In this document: in pieces, positions 47,940-61,510 of the stretch
How positions within the stretch are numbered: position 1 is the stretch's first letter
How the letters are laid out: every line of letters starts with the position of its first letter
Assembly: GCF_000143415.4 (NCBI RefSeq)
Contig: NW_003314395.1
Coordinates: 1 to 64,000, forward strand
Reading direction: 5' to 3'
DNA length: 64,000 nucleotides
DNA from: Selaginella moellendorffii
Taxonomy: Eukaryota; Plantae; Lycopodiophyta
Made by a program: the position numbers and the translations under genes
Notes under the pieces: generated by a model
What the model was told of the DNA's origin: nothing
The model's database searches: none
Seen by the model: the letters and a program-made list of their open reading frames with translations, nothing else

Positions 47940-50274
47940 TCAGAATTCTCGTTTGAAGTTTAGTTTCTTACACGGCGGGAGCTCCAGCTTGGTGATGCTC
48001 GTCGCCGGGCGCTTCCGCGAGCGGCAAAACTTTGCGAGTTTTTCTTCCACGACATTGCCCGAGCTGTTGAATTCGATGCCATAGCTTCGCATGATCCTGG
48101 CGTCGCGAGAAGTTGGGAGCTGCCATGGCCCGTCCCACCAAGCGTGAGGGAGTAGCGGAGTTATAGCACATTGCGTGGTTTGGTTCGCGCAGCTTAGCCT
48201 GCCACTGAAAGTTCTCCAAGCGTGGCCCCATCCTCGCTGCGAAGAAAGGCCGCGAGTCACTAGAGCCGGATGGAAGCTGCTGTAGAACATGAAATCCTCT
48301 TCTTTTTTCCCGTGCTCGTCGCCTGGAACTGGAAAAGAATCAGTGAGTGGACCACGAAATGGAGAATCTCGATCATCATACCAAGGGTATTTGCGGCCGC
48401 TAATGATGCGAGCAATTGAGCGTAAGTGGTGGCAACTCGTTTGGATCCCCCCGAGACTACTCCATACTTTGCTCTTGATGCCAAAAAGAAATCGACGAGT
48501 GCCACCCAGCGAGGTAACGGACCCCAGTCGTCGACTCGCTTTTTTGGAGGCTGTTCACATTTTCACACGCTTTAGCGAGTGACAAACATTTCGAAACGCA
48601 TTCAAGCGCTCTACCTGGAAGTAGTTCTCTTTCATGACGTCGCTCACGTTTGGTGACGAGGCCAGGTATAGTCTATAATCGAAGTGTATGACCTGGTCCA
48701 AGAAAACGATGCTCGAGATCATTATCAAAGATTGGAGAAACCGTTTTAAAATACCTCAGCGAATGCTTCCAAGTTCGTCCTCATGTAGTCGACAACGGCA
48801 GGAGTGTCTGTCACGATCGCTATTCGAGGAAGTCTGTCTAAGTTGAGCTGGTTTATCATTCTTTTCAGGCAAATACAAGCTGTTTCCACAGCACGTCTGG
48901 ACCTGAAAAATCGTCGTGATCAGAAACAAAAAGAATGGAAAAAAAATTCAAAAGCTAGAACCTGCTGTGTAGCATTCGCAAGTGAAGAGCTAAGTCGGGA
49001 TCTCGCCCGCCGCCAAGAGCCCACCGAACTGCGTCAACAATATCCGGCTTTGGTGAGACAAATGCGTGCATGAGCTCTCCGTAGAGATTCCCACGCGTGG
49101 AAGGTGCAAATGAGTCTCCCAGAATCTTTGTCGCAGCGGTTTTCATTTTGAAGTTGATGTTCTTGAGGAAAATCTGTAGAGCGACAGCGTCTTGAGCACC
49201 ATAAAACCTGGACAGGGGATCACGTTAAATGCTGCCATAAGAACCACATAATTACCAGATAATTGGCTGTGACCATTTGCTCCAATCTCCGCACAGAGAG
49301 TTTGTTCCTGACGGCCTTTGGATTAAATCCATTCTCAGCTTGAGAGGCCGTTTATACCTCGTAGCACATTCGTGAATCACCCACAAGTGTTTCAGTTCTC
49401 TCATAGTGAAAGTTTCGCGAGAGAACGAAATGTAATCGCCAAATGGATGGTGTGTCCTCTCGTTTAGTCCTAGATATCCCGGGTTCTGGGAGCTGCCAGA
49501 GAAGAAATAGATCAAGCATCCACAGAAGAAAAATGGTTTGAAGCACCTGTCCTCCCCGACGATGAGCGATCGGTTTAGCATCAGAGATAGTCCAGCGGCA
49601 GTCAAGATCTTGTACATTTCATTACCAAAGCCGTCCTCTTTAGCTCTTCCAAAGATAAAGTTCCTCTTGCAAAAGTCCTCCCCTGCCAAAGCTCTCACGC
49701 GACGAGCGCCTGCAAGCATCTACATACTTTAAGATTTCGCCAGGAAAAGTTCTTAAGCAAAAGAAGAAGAACACAAGCAAAGAAATTCCATACCATGCTC
49801 GGCAAAATACTCCTCGATCATTCCTCTCAGATTTAGATCGACAAGTCTGGTGCTCCTCGCAGTAGCCATCGCACCCATTTCCTCCACCGTAGCACAAGTC
49901 CTGGAATTTTTGAGCTGGTCCTCCTCTGGAAAATTCCATTCTTCTCTTTCCTCTTGATCCTCCAGAGAATATCTGTTGCTATCTCCCTGTTCTAGAGCCT
50001 GTCCATCCTCAGAGCGAAGCCCGTGATCCATTTCTTCTATTGTGTCGGTGATGGCCATTCCCTGGCGAAAATCCCCTGTTTCCTCGAGAAAGAGCCTCTG
50101 GCGATGGACGATCTGGCCGTAGAGCGATCCCTGGTGCAACCACGCCGGAATCTTGGCCGAATGGTACCAAATCCAGCAGCCGAGCGCGATTCCCCAGAAG
50201 ATAAACCAGCTGCTCCATCGCCGGTGCTCCTTGAGCTTCGATTGCTTGACCCTCGCGCTCTGCGGCGGCGGCAT
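47940..50274 (-). CDS. type II membrane, putative fucosyltransferase-like protein (At3g26950-like), multi-exon
   Basis: N-terminal TM; GFGNEMYKILTAAGLSLMLNRSLIVG, PFGDYI, ALVDFFLASRAK, TPLLP.AWWDGPWQ. Confidence 0.8.
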
Positions 50275-51427
50275 TCCCGATATTACACATCATCCCAATC
50301 GTAGCGCATTCCTCAAGCGCATCGCCGCCATGGTCGACCTAGATCTTCGTCTCCATCCGGCCCTGTCGATCAAGCGCTTACCCGGGAGATTCTCTCTGGC
50401 CGTGCGCAATACAAGTATCAAATCATCGTGTTTGCCTGTTTTCGTTCTTTATCTTTTCTTTACAGGGACGATGACAATGGTGTGTATAAAGGCTATAGGT
50501 ACCAAGGCTTTCTTGGCGTGTGTAGAAAAGACAAGTATCTTAATGTCCAATGACAGCGTAGTGCCAGTCAAATATTTACTTTAAACCTTGGTAAAGGTAA
50601 TTAGAATTGCCGCCCAAATTCGAATTTAGGGTTTAGGTCACTCAACCATGAGCTGCTCGCGATGCTTTGGCGGGGCAGCTCTGGCGACGGCGAATTCGAG
50701 CGCGCGATCGGCTTCTACAACCGAGGATTCCTGCGCCAGCGCCTCCAGCATCTCATCGGCCGTCGAATCCTTCGCCGAGGTCTCGTCCTGCGGCGCCAAG
50801 AACCGGCGCCGGGACTCGCTCTTGAGGGATTCAGACGTGGAAGCGTCATCGCAGGGTCCTAGGCGCACGAGAATGCGATTATCGGGCACGGTTAGTCGCA
50901 ATCGATATTTCGCTTCGTTTCTGATCGCAGGGTCTGACAGAGCGCAAGAAATTCCAGCGCGAGAGCGGTTTCGATCCAGGCCGACGGCGGAGGAGCCTAC
51001 ATTCCCCCGCCGCTTCCGAAGAACAACGATCTTGAGGAATGACGTGACCGCTACCAGGTGAGATTTTGGTCCGATTCCTCTCGCGTTCTTGGCTCACAGC
51101 TCTCACATTCCAGGAACGCGTCTCTAATTTCTCTTTTGCGTGTTGTAGTTCCATTTGATCTTTGACCAAATATTTTTTCTTGTGAAACTTCTCCGTTCCT
51201 TTCTAGCTCTCCAATCTTGATCCTTTCTCTCCACTTCGCATGGAACTCTCCACGGCACGCCAAGGACAGGAAATCAACGGTCTCAAACCTTCCAGATGCC
51301 AAACACGTGGCCCTTTAAGACATAACACGGGTATGTTTTAGTTCTTTAACGCCTTTTTCTTCTCCTTTTTCTGACCCTTATATATTTGAGGTTAGGGCCA
51401 GGGATCCTTCATTGGTGTCGGCGAGCG

Positions 51428-52314
51428 ATGCGTCTTCCTGGAGGTTTGCATAGATTGGCACTGAGGAAATTGATAGGGCAGCAGCGGCGATGCTTTGCCT
51501 CTCGCATTGTCTCGCCCGCTCGGTGTCTGGTCGATCGGGCGAATTTTTTCCGGCCTGAGACTGGATTGTCCAGGCTTGTTGGGGGCTTGCTAGGGGCCCC
51601 GATCGGCGATGTCAGTGATGCTAGGCAGCAGCAGAGACGAGGGTTTCTGGGTTTTGGTGATGGAGATGAAGACAGGGGGCTTTCCAAGCACTACGAAGAG
51701 AAGCGAGTCATGGGGTACATTTTTCCTGTTCGGTTTTTCTCGCGCTTGGGTTCTCAGTATTTGTCCGCAGGTACACGCCAGAGCAACTGTTCGACGTGGT
51801 CGCAGGTGTTGATATGTATGAGGAATTTGTGCCTTGGTGCCAACGGTCCAACGTGATCTGGCAGAAAGGCAGCGAACTTGAAGCAGAGCTTGAAATAGGA
51901 TTTCAGTTCTTTGTCGAGAGCTACACCTCGCATGTTCAGCTCACACGGCCCAAACTCATCAAGGTATGCGCGTCTCTTGGGCATGTTTAGTAACTAACCA
52001 GACGTTTATGGACGTAGACATCGGTCTCGAAGAGTGCAATTTTCGAGTACTTGAACAACACATGGGAAATAAGTCCTGGACCTTCTCCCGCAACATGCAA
52101 CCTCCACTTTACGGTCGACTTTCAGTTCAGGTCTCCTTTGTACACGAAGGTCTGTTGCTTCATTTAGCTTTGCTTGAACACGAAAGAGCTGAGTCGATCC
52201 TATTGTCAGGTAGCGAACGTATTTTTTGACGAAGTCGTCGCTCGACTTGTTGCTGCGTTTGAAAACCGCTGCTTGAGGGTATACGGCCCTTCAAAGGTTG
52301 TTATGCATGCGTAA
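51428..52314 (+). CDS. COQ10: coenzyme Q-binding START-fold protein, mitochondrial, 4 exons
   Basis: FLGFGDG..YEEKRVMGYTPEQLFDVVA.VD.Y.EFVPWCQRS, AELEIGF..ESYTS, VDFQF.SPLY. Confidence 0.92.
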
Positions 52315-52694
52315 TCAGGTTTAGGTGGGGTGGGAAGAGGCCCTCCTTTTTTGTTTCCTCTCTTCCATCATTTGTGAAGCACATTGCTTCGAATCGCATT
52401 CCGGGATGTAATCTCACTTACCTTCGCCAAACTGGCTTTCTGGTCTGACTACAATGATTTTCGTGTCCTATCAGGTGAAGAATCCTGGAAGCAAGCTGTA
52501 GAGTTGTCATTTTTTCCGAGGTAGCCAGTTTCTCTTCTGTAGCTTAGTAATCTAATGTTTTCTTTTAGATTTGAAAAACTGTAAGAGCTTGGAGCGGAAG
52601 TGGGATAAACTCCCAAAATGAAGGCTAGTGATGCTTCAGTGATGGAAAGATTAATCATCATAAGACGCTCTCGTGCTAGGGTATTCTCTTGTAG

Positions 52695-54878
52695 ATGACT
52701 GAGCTTCGTTTTGTAGCAAGCTGCCTTCCAAAAAGGACGACAAATGCGGCGCCTCTTGACGGAGAAGTTCTTACCAGGTACTCTAAATTGCAAGTGGAAG
52801 GGGAAAAGCTGGAGGTCACTTTTCTACTCACCGCATTGAAGTCGTGCAGAAAGCTAAAGGATCTTGAGTTCAGCAAAAGGATTCACAGGGATGCGGTTGC
52901 GAGCGGTGACATCTCCAACGTCTTCGTAGCGAACACACTCCTCGACATGTATGTGAAAAGTGGCAGTCTCGATACTGCTCGCAGTCTTTTCGAAGGCATG
53001 AAGCAGCGCAGTGCAGTATCCTGGACAGCAATGATAGTGGGATATACTCAGATTGGTCGACCCGAGCTAGCATTGGAACTATACGACCGCATGCAGAACG
53101 AAGGCTGTGAACCGGACCGTGTGACACTCTTGGCTGCACTCAAGGCCTGTGCAGCATTTGCAAAGAAAGAAAAGGGACAGCTCCTAGATCAGAAAGTAGT
53201 GAGGCTCAAGTGCCTGGCAACGGCCAGCCGTCTTTACTCTCAAGCTTGTCAAGGCGGAGATCAGATGGATACTGCTGTAGGGAACAGTTTGATTGACTTG
53301 TTCGCCAAGTGTGGGAGCTTGGAGGACGCTCGCAGGCAGTTCGAGAGCATGCCGAAGCGAAATGTGGTCTCGTGGAACTGCATCATTCTTGGCTATGCTT
53401 TAGGCGGGGAAGGCAGGATAGCGCTGGAGTTCTTCGCACGCATGCAGGAACAGGGGTACCAGCCGAGCGATGTCACATTTCTGGCTGCTCTCAAGGCTTG
53501 TGCTAGCATGGCTGACAAAGAAGAAGGCAAGCTGGTGGAAGGGAAAATCTTGAAGGTGACAAGCTTGGATAGAGGAAGATTGATCCACTTTCAGGCACTT
53601 CGAAACGGGGGCAGTCTGGGTCTCGCGCTAGGCACAAGTTTCGTTGACGTGTTTGCGAAGTGCGGGAGCATGGTGGAGGCTAGAAAAATTTTCGAGGAGC
53701 TCCAGACTCGAAGTATGGTTTCTTGGACTGTCATGATACTGGGATACGTACAAAATGGAGAGCCCGACACGGCTTTGAGGCTATTTGCAAGGATGTGGGA
53801 CGAGAGATGCGCTCCCGATGGTCTCGCGTTCGTAGCTGCTCTCAAGGCGTGTGCTAGCTTGGCAGAGACAGAAGAAGCAAAGCTTGTTGGAGGAAGGCTC
53901 GTTAAGTCCGTGGCACTGGAACGGGGAAGGGCCATTCATTCTCAGGCTGCTGGAGCCGGGCTTGTGGATCTTGTGGTGGCGAACACGCTGATCGACATGT
54001 ACGCCAAGTGTGGAAGCATCTGGGACGCTCGGCATGTCTTTGAAGCCATGAAGAAGCGCAGCGCAGTGTCTTGGAACTGCATTCTCATGGGGTGCGTCCA
54101 CAATGGCGAGGCCGAGTTAGCTCTCGAGCTCTATCGACGCATGCAGCGGCAGCAAAGCTCGTTATCGTCTCCACCACCAGACGCCGTGACGTTCGTCGCA
54201 GCACTGAAGGCCTGTGCGACGCTGGCAGCTCTGGAAGTCGGGACACAGATCGAAGCCGAGATTTGCAACGCGGGTTTGGAGTGCGAGCTGATGGTGGCGA
54301 ACTCTCTCGTCGATCTCTACGGGAAGTGCGGTGCGATGGGCGAAGCCGAGCGGGTTTTCAGCTCGGTTCCCAGGAAGGATGTGGTGACTTGGAGCTGCTT
54401 GATCGCGGGATACAGCTCCAGGGGCGACGCGCTGCTCGTGTTTGAGCTGTTCGAGCGTATGCAAGTGGAAGACAAGCTCCAACCCGACGGTATCACTTTC
54501 CTCTCGCTTCTAACGTCGTGTGCCGCGGCAGGACTCGCTTCCAGAGCCAAGGAGTACTTCGTCTCCATGCAAGCGGTGTATGGCATCACTCCCTCGATCG
54601 AGCACTACAACTGCGTGGTGGATCTCTTGGGCCGGGTGGGGCAGCTCCAGGACGCAGTGGAAATCGCGAGGAGCATGCCGTATGATCCAGGTGCTGTGGT
54701 CTGGATGGCGCTCCTCGACGCCGCCGAGAAGTGGAGTGATCCGGAAGTGGGAAGAACAGCGTACGAGTTCTTGGTGGAAAGAGGAAGATCATCCAAAGCG
54801 GCGGGAGCAGCGTCCGCGATAATGGCCAAAATCCAAGCTCACGCCGGGAAGCTTTCAAAAGATTCCTTTTTAAAATAA
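52695..54878 (+). CDS. PLS-class PPR protein with E domain and no DYW (putative organellar RNA-editing factor)
   Basis: Repeating P-L-S motifs; ends ITPSIEHYNCVVDLLGRVG..MPYDPGAVVWMALL. Confidence 0.92.
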   Translation: MTELRFVASCLPKRTTNAAPLDGEVLTRYSKLQVEGEKLEVTFLLTALKSCRKLKDLEFSKRIHRDAVASGDISNVFVANTLLDMYVKSGSLDTARSLFEGMKQRSAVSWTAMIVGYTQIGRPELALELYDRMQNEGCEPDRVTLLAALKACAAFAKKEKGQLLDQKVVRLKCLATASRLYSQACQGGDQMDTAVGNSLIDLFAKCGSLEDARRQFESMPKRNVVSWNCIILGYALGGEGRIALEFFARMQEQGYQPSDVTFLAALKACASMADKEEGKLVEGKILKVTSLDRGRLIHFQALRNGGSLGLALGTSFVDVFAKCGSMVEARKIFEELQTRSMVSWTVMILGYVQNGEPDTALRLFARMWDERCAPDGLAFVAALKACASLAETEEAKLVGGRLVKSVALERGRAIHSQAAGAGLVDLVVANTLIDMYAKCGSIWDARHVFEAMKKRSAVSWNCILMGCVHNGEAELALELYRRMQRQQSSLSSPPPDAVTFVAALKACATLAALEVGTQIEAEICNAGLECELMVANSLVDLYGKCGAMGEAERVFSSVPRKDVVTWSCLIAGYSSRGDALLVFELFERMQVEDKLQPDGITFLSLLTSCAAAGLASRAKEYFVSMQAVYGITPSIEHYNCVVDLLGRVGQLQDAVEIARSMPYDPGAVVWMALLDAAEKWSDPEVGRTAYEFLVERGRSSKAAGAASAIMAKIQAHAGKLSKDSFLK

Positions 54879-55296
54879 CGTATATTCGTTGAGCGCGAAT
54901 TTGTGGTGCTTGGTTCGAGTCCCTGGGATGGACTAACTAGGTCACGTCGGCATTCAATGCAGTAGTATGGCGATGATAAAGAAGGGCAAGCGAGGGCTGG
55001 CGATGGGGGCAGGGTTTCTTTTTGTATTCTTTCTTCCTTCCTCTCTCTCTCTCTCTGGTGTCCTTTGTTGCCGGCGCGGCGATTGCGAGAGGGAAATGGC
55101 CGCATTGATGAGCGCCAGGAGCTGCTCCAATCTGGTGGTGCGGCAGTGATGGCGCCCTCGTGCATTCTCATTCTCTTCTTCTACCTTGAGCTCTCATTCA
55201 ATGGAACGGGGGTGTTGAAAGATTTGGCTTTTTTGGTTTCTTCTTGGTTCGATCGATTGCTGCCGCTGCCGCGCACCACAAGATTTGCAAGCGAGG

Positions 55297-57341
55297 ATGA
55301 AAGGGATGATGGCATTGCCGTGGACGAGGAGACGGCGGCACCAGCGGCTCGTGAGCGAGATCGGTGTCGGCGCTGATTCTTCTCCCGAGGTTTGTAACCA
55401 GGCAAAATATTTCGTGGGCTTTGAGAGTTTTCTTGCCAGAATTTCGATGACAAGGAGCTAGAGCTCGTCTCGTGGCTTAAGATACGCGGTGAGCACGACG
55501 CATGCTCGTTGCTCAAGACAGGCCCTGATAAAAGGTATAGCTTGAGATTGGTTTGTTTAGTACTTAGCCTTCTCTTGGCCCAGGGGATTGTTTGCCGTGC
55601 GAGATATCAAGGCTGGCGAGTGCATTCTCAGAGTTTCTCGCGACACGGTATGATGCTCGTGTGTTTCTTTAATTTTGTGAGCAACAGCGTTTTCGTTCCC
55701 AGATGATGACTGCAGATAGATTGCCTCTGGAATTCCAGCAGCTGCTTTCAAGTGGAGTGAGTGAATGGGCGCAGTTAGCTCTTTTGCTTCTTTTCGAGAA
55801 ACGAGCAGGAGAGGTAGATAAAATCTATGTGAACTTTTTTTACTGACTAGTGTCCTTTCCAGGCTTCCATATGGGCTCCTTACATTTCTTGCTTGCCAAG
55901 GTGGGGCACGATCCACAGCACGGTGAGTTCCCACTATATTAATTCTCGGTTTCTCAGATTTTGCGGTGCAGGCGTTTTGGAGAAAAGAAGAGCTCGCAAT
56001 GATACAGGAGAGTTCTTTGAGCTATGAAACTATGAGCAGAAGAGCAGCAATCAGAGAGGAGTTCAATGAAATGCAGCCGGTTAGTCTGATTTTCCTGCAA
56101 GTAGCTTACATATGTGACTGCAGGTACTGTAGATCTTTCAACGGTATGAGCATGTATTTGGAGGTCCTGTGTCGTATGCAAGTTTCAAGCATGCTTATGT
56201 AACAGGTGAAATATATCCTATATCATGTCATTTTCCCGTGTTCCTAATCAAGCTACAGTGTGCTCGCGCGCATGGCGCATTGATGGCCTTGAGAAGCTAG
56301 CAATGGTAACACCTTGGCCTTTGTATTTAACTTGTCTGAGTCTATGCTCTTACAGGTTCCCTTTGCTGATTTTATGAATCACGACTGGAGCTCGAACGCG
56401 ATGCTTACATATGACACTGATAATGGCTCTACCGAGGTAGAAGAAGTGAAAGTTTATTCCGACTGTCTCGACATCGCCTTGTTTTGTGCTCAGCTCTTCG
56501 CAGATAAAAACTATGCTGCCGGTGAGCAAGTAAGTATCGGCTGGCTTTCCTTTCTAAAGCTGATTGAAGAGTTGGTCAGGTAACCATAAGTTTTGGACCA
56601 TTATGCAACGCATCCCTTGCACTGGACTTTGGATTTACTGTACCATACAATCCGTGGGACAAGGTTAGCGTTGTTGAGTTTACAGCCTCACTTATTTTGG
56701 CTCGTAAACAGGTACAACTATGGCTTGGCATCTCTCGAAGGGACAGCCTTCGGAAAGAAAAATTGCAGTACCTGCATGCTCATGAGATGCTGACATTGAC
56801 GAACCCTGATGGCTCTGATAGTGGTGGCATGAGCTTCACATTGAGGTAAGGCTTTCAACTTTTAACTTGTCCTGAGTTGAGACTGCTACAGGGAAGTTTG
56901 TGACTCAGCAGGTAATGGAAGGGAACTCCCTGGGCCTCTTTTTACAATGGCACGGGTAGTATGTGCTACGTCAAGCGAAGGTACTCAAGCTGTTGTCACA
57001 ACACTCGTCCTGAATCTGTTAATGTGTCTGCAGCTCTACTCAGCTGTGATAAGAAACAAGATGGACTCAAGGAAACTGACGCTCTTGCGCTAATATTAAC
57101 TTGCGTGGAGACTCGAATTCAGCAGCATTTTGAGGCTATCCTGGTCTGGTGCTCTTATTGTTTTGCAGTGTAACTGACTTTTAGTGCTTCCTTTCAGGCC
57201 TTGCAGAGCTGCAGGTCGCAAGCACCGGCAGAAAGCACCACTTTACTCTGCGTAGAAATGGCTGAGGCTATCCTTGGAGGAGAGCTGAGAGTACTGCGCT
57301 CTGTGAGTGCGTGGCTTAAGCACCAGTGCGTTGTGGCATGA
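55297..57341 (+). CDS. SET-domain, Rubisco LSMT-like protein lysine methyltransferase (At3g55080-like), multi-exon
   Basis: RGLFA..I.AGECILRV, SIWAPYISCLP, VCSRAW, VPFADFMNHD, NASLALDFGFT; start codon uncertain. Confidence 0.85.
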
Positions 57342-57603
57342 CGGGAAATTTACTCTCGTTTCTTCATTGCTTGTCCGGGGGACCAGATCTGAGCTATATT
57401 AAGGTACAGTGAAGAGCAAAAGCACCAATGTGCTGACGAATATCATTCCTCCTGGACTTAAACTTTGGCTTTGCAGTACACAATGGTGGATTGTAGCTCT
57501 GAGCTTACCTATACGCCAATACTACGGTTGTTAAGAATTATTTTGTGGAGGGACTTATTGTTCATGAAATCGTGAATTATTTTGCATCTTGTCAGCTGCC
57601 TCC

Positions 57604-59801
57604 TCAGTGCTTCTTTTTCAGAAACTTTGCGTACCACTTTGCTGATTTCTTTGGGATCCGCTTCAGGCTGTTATCTAGCTCAACATGGATGATCCCAAAG
57701 CGCACATTATAACCCGAGCCCCATTCCCAGCTGTCCAGAAAACTCCACAGGAAGTAAGCTTGGACTCTACAGCCATCTCTGCCAACAAAAAGTTGGAAGG
57801 TAAGCTTCGCATCTTTTTAGTTCAGAGTCTCACCTTATTGATGCTGCAAGATTTGACAGGTACGTCTTGTAATAGTTAATCCTGGGCTGATCATCCAGCT
57901 GTTGAGCCAACGGACTGGAACTGTTGGTAGTATCACTGATCCCTGTGAATGAAGAGAAACAAGCTTGCTTCTACTGCATCAGCTCACCAGGTACGTACCA
58001 TTTTCAGTGATATAGATTATTGGATTGCGGTACTTATCCTTGATGTAATTCATCAGCCTCCTGATCCCGTACGGTACGACGTAGAAGCCATTGATATTCC
58101 TCCCGATCAACACGCCCTTCTTCTTGTCTGCGAGAAGACGAACGAGAGAGCTGGAATGAGAGGAATCCATTTCTAGGCCCACCTAGGAACGCAAAGTCGA
58201 CGTCCTTGTAGTAAGCCGGGTGGTAGATGGCTTGGCGCTGATTGAGGAGGTTTCCCTGGACAAAGGTACGGTTTGGATTGTCTTTCACGTAGAGGCTGAA
58301 GTAGTGATTGATGCCAATGAAATCAGAGGTGCCTTGGAGCCATTTCTTCTCCTCGGCTGTGAATTTTGGCAGCCTGCTTCCAACGTTTGCGACCAACGCT
58401 GGTGGATACTCCCCATACGTGACGGGATGAAGCATCCTGGACGCGAACAAAGTAAAGTTTTTTCGTAAAGTTTGTAGAGATCAAGGTTCTTACCATCCGA
58501 GATTGAACTGCTGAGCTCTTTCGGCGGCAGCTTTGTCTTGCTTGGAGTTTGAAACAGGTTCGTACCACAATGTGTCAAGCGTGATACCAATCACCCCTTT
58601 CTGACTAGCCTGCGATTGTTTTCGTCAAGTTGAGGTAATCTTTAAGACTTTTTAATTTTTCTGGTGTACCTTGTATCTTTTGGTGTAGATCTCGATCGCT
58701 TTCGCATGGGCGAGGAGTAAATGGTGGCCTACGACGTATGGCTCCATGGACGAGTCTCCTCCCGTGCAGTTTCCGATCTCGGGCGAGCATCTTCCCGGCG
58801 CAAACACGCCAATGTTGTAGCCAATGACTGCGAAGATGTGGGGCTCGTTGAGCGTGATCCAGTTCTTCACTCTGTCCCCGAATGCTTTGAAGCAAGCCTC
58901 CACGAAAACTCCAAAGTCGTCCCTGGCGTGTCACGGTATGTTTTGCAAGAGCTCATGGTTGGATTTACTAACTTACACGATCTTGGAGCTCAAGAATCCT
59001 CCATAGGATTTCTCCAGAGCATAGGGGAGGTCCCAGTGGAAGAGCGTCACGTATGGCTTCAAGCCTGGATCCGCGAAGCAAGCACTTCAAAATACGTGCA
59101 AGCGGTCGTGCCATGCAAACCTTTGGCAAGGAGTGTATCGATGACATCGTTGTAATGACTGATTGCCTTTGGATTAACACTGCCAGTGCCATCTGCAGTA
59201 CAAGCAAGGAAAACGTGGTAGCTCATCTCGAGCTAGCTAGACAGCAAAACGATCTCATACCGGGAAACATGCGAGGCCAATCAATCGACAGCCTGTACGC
59301 ATCCGCGCCAAGGCGATCCAGTATCGAGAAGTCCTCCTGCAAGCATTCTCCGACTTTCAGATCGATGGATTCAAGCGATAAGATGACGAGCAGTGAATCA
59401 AGCGAAAACTCAACCTTGTAGCGATGATACTGATCAATCGCGGGATCTGCTGTGCTGCCATCTGCGATCTTGCCTGGACCAAGAAAACAACTGTGACTTT
59501 TCTCGCGAGGAATTTGGCAGATTGTACCAGGGATCTGTGAAAAAACGTCCCAGTTGCTGGGCTTCCTTCCATCTTCCTTGGTTGCGCCTTCAACCTGGAT
59601 CAGGCCAGCGCAGCGGCGTTAGTATAGAGCGGAGTGCCGATCTCTCGCCACCTGATAAGAAGCTGATGCAGCGCCAAACACAAATCCCTTTGGAAAGCTG
59701 TATCTGCTCAGCACATCTTGCATGTCCTGGGAGGAATCTGCATTGCTGCAAATGCAAAGCCACAGGACCAGAAACAGCACAGCTAGAGGCCTTGGATCCA
59801 T
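57604..59801 (-). CDS. glycoside hydrolase family 1 beta-glucosidase, secreted, multi-exon
   Basis: Signal peptide, [23 protein letters not shown], catalytic TLNEP and [14 protein letters not shown]. Confidence 0.95.
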
Positions 59802-60622
59802 CGGCTCCTCCAGCCGGCGCGACTCGAGAGATCTATCACGAAGGAGGAGATCCCTCGCCTCTGCCTTTTATATTGCTGGTTGATCTGGCCTTGCATTTTG
59901 TCAAACACGCATGATCAGTTTGATCAGTTTAGGCAGAGCTAAGGCGTTATTGTGACAACCTCTTGGCTGTATGTATACGTTGTAAAGCGGGTCCAAGACT
60001 GGTACGTCATAGAAATACAGGATAGATACAGGTTGTGTCGTATTTATGTTGTTGAAATGTCTGCTGTCCACACATTGAAGTCCTGGAACTTTGAAGATAA
60101 GGTATTTGTGATGCCCTGATCCCTTGTGGTTTCTTTTTCAGTGGTCAGTAATCAAAACTAAAAGCAATGTATGTCTTAATCTTAGATATTTTATTTGTAT
60201 AGTTTATGCTTTTTAATTTCCTTTCTTTAAGAAATAAATTTAATCAATCTTTTAATTCTGGGAAGATACTGATCACTGAGTGATTCTTGGCTCTTCTCCA
60301 TAATTTTGTCCTTGCCTACAAAATAAGAAAATATGCTTAACTTTGCAGTAGATTTCTAGATAATGGTTTACAGTAAGTTTGTTTCTCACTCAAAATGATC
60401 TTACAATTTCTTCTCCACCTCCAATGGTCCTCTTCTTTCAGCAAGCATTATTACAAATGGTTTATTAGAACCATGTAGCCGCTTTGAGCCACATTCCTCT
60501 AATTTAGGGTTGTTAATTTTCTTTGTTATTTTCCCAAGAGATCTTTCTTTCTTCATAAGACTAGGCTAATTCTCTTCACATGATATTAGAGATATAGCTT
60601 AAAACTTTTCATGAATAGTGCC

Positions 60623-60742
60623 TTAAGAGGCAGTTCCCAGGTAGGGCGAGCATGTTCCCGCCCAGAACAGGCAAGCTGGGCGTTAGCTCGGCGAGTGTGT
60701 GCTGGAGGGAACGAGCAAGGCCGTGCCCGGGAACAGCCTTAA
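60623..60742. mobile_element. candidate MITE-like hairpin
   Basis: GC-rich ~120-bp island with imperfect terminal inverted repeats (ggcagttcccagg / cccgggaacagcc), bounded by TTAA. Confidence 0.4.
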
Positions 60743-61069
60743 CGGGCTGTGGTGAGACTGTTAACAAACACGTGGAATAACATTATTGGAGGATGAGAGC
60801 GTTCTCCAGAATTGGCAATTGGTAACCTGGTTCTCTAGAACTTAGCAGCTGGCAGCTAGGTTCTGGAGAACCTGGCAGTTGTCAGCCACGTTCTCGCAAA
60901 GAATGTGACTCAATCCGACAGCTGCCAACAGTTGGATCAAGTTAACGGGTGAGCCACAGCCCATTAAGACATTAGGACATTCATTCTCCAGAGAAATGGA
61001 ATAATTCTATAGAACAAATTTCTTTGCTTAGAAATACATAGTTCTAGTTTATGAGATAGGGATTTTGGC

Positions 61070-61510
61070 CCATGGTATCTAGAATGAGAAAGTGCCAATC
61101 GAAGGATGGCAACATCAATCAATACAACAAGTGGCACCATGTGATTGATGGCTTAGCCTGCAAATCACATATAATAAGCAAGCAGCATTGCCACACATTC
61201 AACTCTGGTGGGAGCATTCTTATGACAAATCCTTTTTAGTGGAGGCACTCGGACTTGTGTGGTCCATTTCAAATCATGACCAATAGAAAGAAGTATTTTA
61301 TTAGATTCATAAACAATGTTACGAGTTATGTGGTTCTTAGCTACTAAAGGTGAAGCTCTGCCAACATTTAAAGCTTATAAGCATAAAGTGGAGAATCAAC
61401 TTGATTTACATATTAAAGTGCTCCACTCTAATGGAAAGTTGAGTATATGTCCTTTAATTTTGCTACTTAGAAATTTATTGGCAATTCACAATTCCATACA
61501 CTCCTAAGCT
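61070..61510 (+). mobile_element. Ty1/copia remnant (PBS-like site and integrase fragment)
   Basis: tggtatctaga at ~61073; WFLATKGEALPTFKAYKHKVENQLDLHIKVLHSNG is a typical copia integrase segment. Confidence 0.7.
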
